From: an uncultured archaeon
Lineage (GTDB): Archaea > Iainarchaeota > Iainarchaeia > Iainarchaeales > CSSED10-239
DNA: 24,533 nt
Reading direction: 5' to 3'
NCBI GenBank assembly: GCA_964586355.1
Contig: CAZPGO010000033.1
Location: forward strand, 1 to 24,533
The notes under the pieces were generated by a model that was not told where the DNA came from, did no database searches, and saw only the letters and a list, made by a program, of their open reading frames with translations. This document shows positions 24,008 through 24,533 of this stretch, one piece after another. Both the position numbers and the translations under genes were made by a program. Position 1 is the stretch's first letter. Every line of letters begins with the position of its first letter.

Positions 24008-24533
24008 ATGTTTTTAAAAAAAAGATCTGTTTCCCCATTGATCGCAACAATCTTATTAATAGTTGTTTCTGTTATATTGATCACTGTAATCTTAACTTGG
24101 GGAAAAAGTTTTACAGAATCTACCATAGATAATACAGATCTTTTTACCTCTTTTACCGAAGATCTAGATCTTAAGAACTTTATTTTAGTTGACTCTTTTA
24201 TACAAACATCAACAACAAATAATCTTGTTTTAAAAAACTCTTCTGATAAAAATATTAATATTGTTGGGTATAGTCTACATAGCCTAGATTCCAATTATGC
24301 TTTTTTAGAAAAAAGGTTTTATTTAGAAGAAACTTTAAACCTAACAAGTGGATCATTTAATTCCTTACCAATTGTTTGTGCTCCTTCATCAAGATTTTCT
24401 GTTCAGTTGATAACAGATCAAAATACTTTTGTTGAAGTTCCAATATTTACTAATAACCTAGATCAAAACAACTATTGTTTAGGTCGAGACGATCTTGTTG
24501 GTTATTGGAGTTTTGATGAAGGTCAAGGATCTA
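24008..24533 (+). CDS. archaeal type IV pilin-like (class III signal peptide) surface protein with a possible LamG-type domain beginning at its C-terminal edge, partial (runs off the window end)
   Basis: Not in the ORF track (no stop in the window). My translation from ATG 24008 is MFLKKRSVSPLIATILLIVVSVILITVILTWGKSFTEST..., the canonical archaeal prepilin N-terminus (basic residues, small residue, then SPlIAtiLLI hydrophobic helix; Pilin_N/DUF1628 type). The last residues, RDDLVGYWSFDEGQGS, match the motif that commonly opens LamG/concanavalin-like domains in archaeal surface proteins. The frame is open for 175 codons. Confidence 0.75.
   Translation, partial: MFLKKRSVSPLIATILLIVVSVILITVILTWGKSFTESTIDNTDLFTSFTEDLDLKNFILVDSFIQTSTTNNLVLKNSSDKNINIVGYSLHSLDSNYAFLEKRFYLEETLNLTSGSFNSLPIVCAPSSRFSVQLITDQNTFVEVPIFTNNLDQNNYCLGRDDLVGYWSFDEGQGS

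Noticed and set aside
23971-24294. 107-aa minus-strand ORF from the track
   Set aside because: It overlaps the + strand pilin-like ORF, which has an unmistakable class III signal peptide. The minus-strand translation has no recognisable features.
1-24533. Search for CRISPR arrays, IS elements, integrases or prophage-like content, including next to the two tRNA genes (5471..5552 and 7670..7745)
   Set aside because: I saw no regularly spaced direct repeats, no transposase or integrase-like ORFs, and no partial tRNA duplications that would mark an attachment site. Genes flanking the tRNAs are housekeeping (pus10, glyS, HIT).
1-24533. Possibility of an alternative genetic code (for example TGA recoding), as seen in some reduced lineages
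   Set aside because: TGA ends recognisable full-length proteins (L15e at 13157, HIT at 7629, the PIN/UPF0175-like ORF at 18525). Conserved proteins show no in-frame stops, so the standard code fits.

Overview
This is an AT-rich (about 28-31% G+C by eye), tightly packed archaeal chromosomal segment. The archaeal assignment rests on TFB, the fibrillarin+Nop5 pair, Pus10, ribosomal proteins L15e/L35Ae/L44e, an Ogg2-type 8-oxoG glycosylase, an archaeal/eukaryal-type GlyRS and a class III (type IV pilin-like) signal peptide. Small genes, shortened versions of conserved proteins and very short or overlapping gene junctions suggest a reduced-genome DPANN-like lineage; that placement is inference. 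The standard genetic code fits (TGA/TAA/TAG all end recognisable proteins), and GGTG/GGAGG Shine-Dalgarno-like motifs precede many starts. I support 32 CDS, two of them partial ORFs at the window edges that the ORF track misses, plus 2 tRNAs (Leu-UAG, Thr-CGU). I found no rRNA, CRISPR array, transposase or integrase. Most of the window is housekeeping: translation, C/D RNP, RNase HII, and an oxidative-stress cluster rbr-dfx-ogg. Observations worth follow-up: (1) a HerA/FtsK-clade ATPase co-operonic with a polytopic membrane protein; (2) a second, apparently catalytically dead HerA-like paralog 4.3 kb away; (3) a single ORF that looks like the N-terminal half of a DUF3368-type PIN toxin fused to a UPF0175 antitoxin-like domain, start/stop-overlapped with trxB and preceded by an operator-like repeat; (4) a Nop5 that appears to lack the fibrillarin-binding N-terminal domain; (5) a pilin-like LamG surface protein and a separate coiled-coil plus surface-protein operon; (6) a window-wide excess of the palindrome AGATCT. 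All functional calls come from motif recognition by eye; no searches were run.
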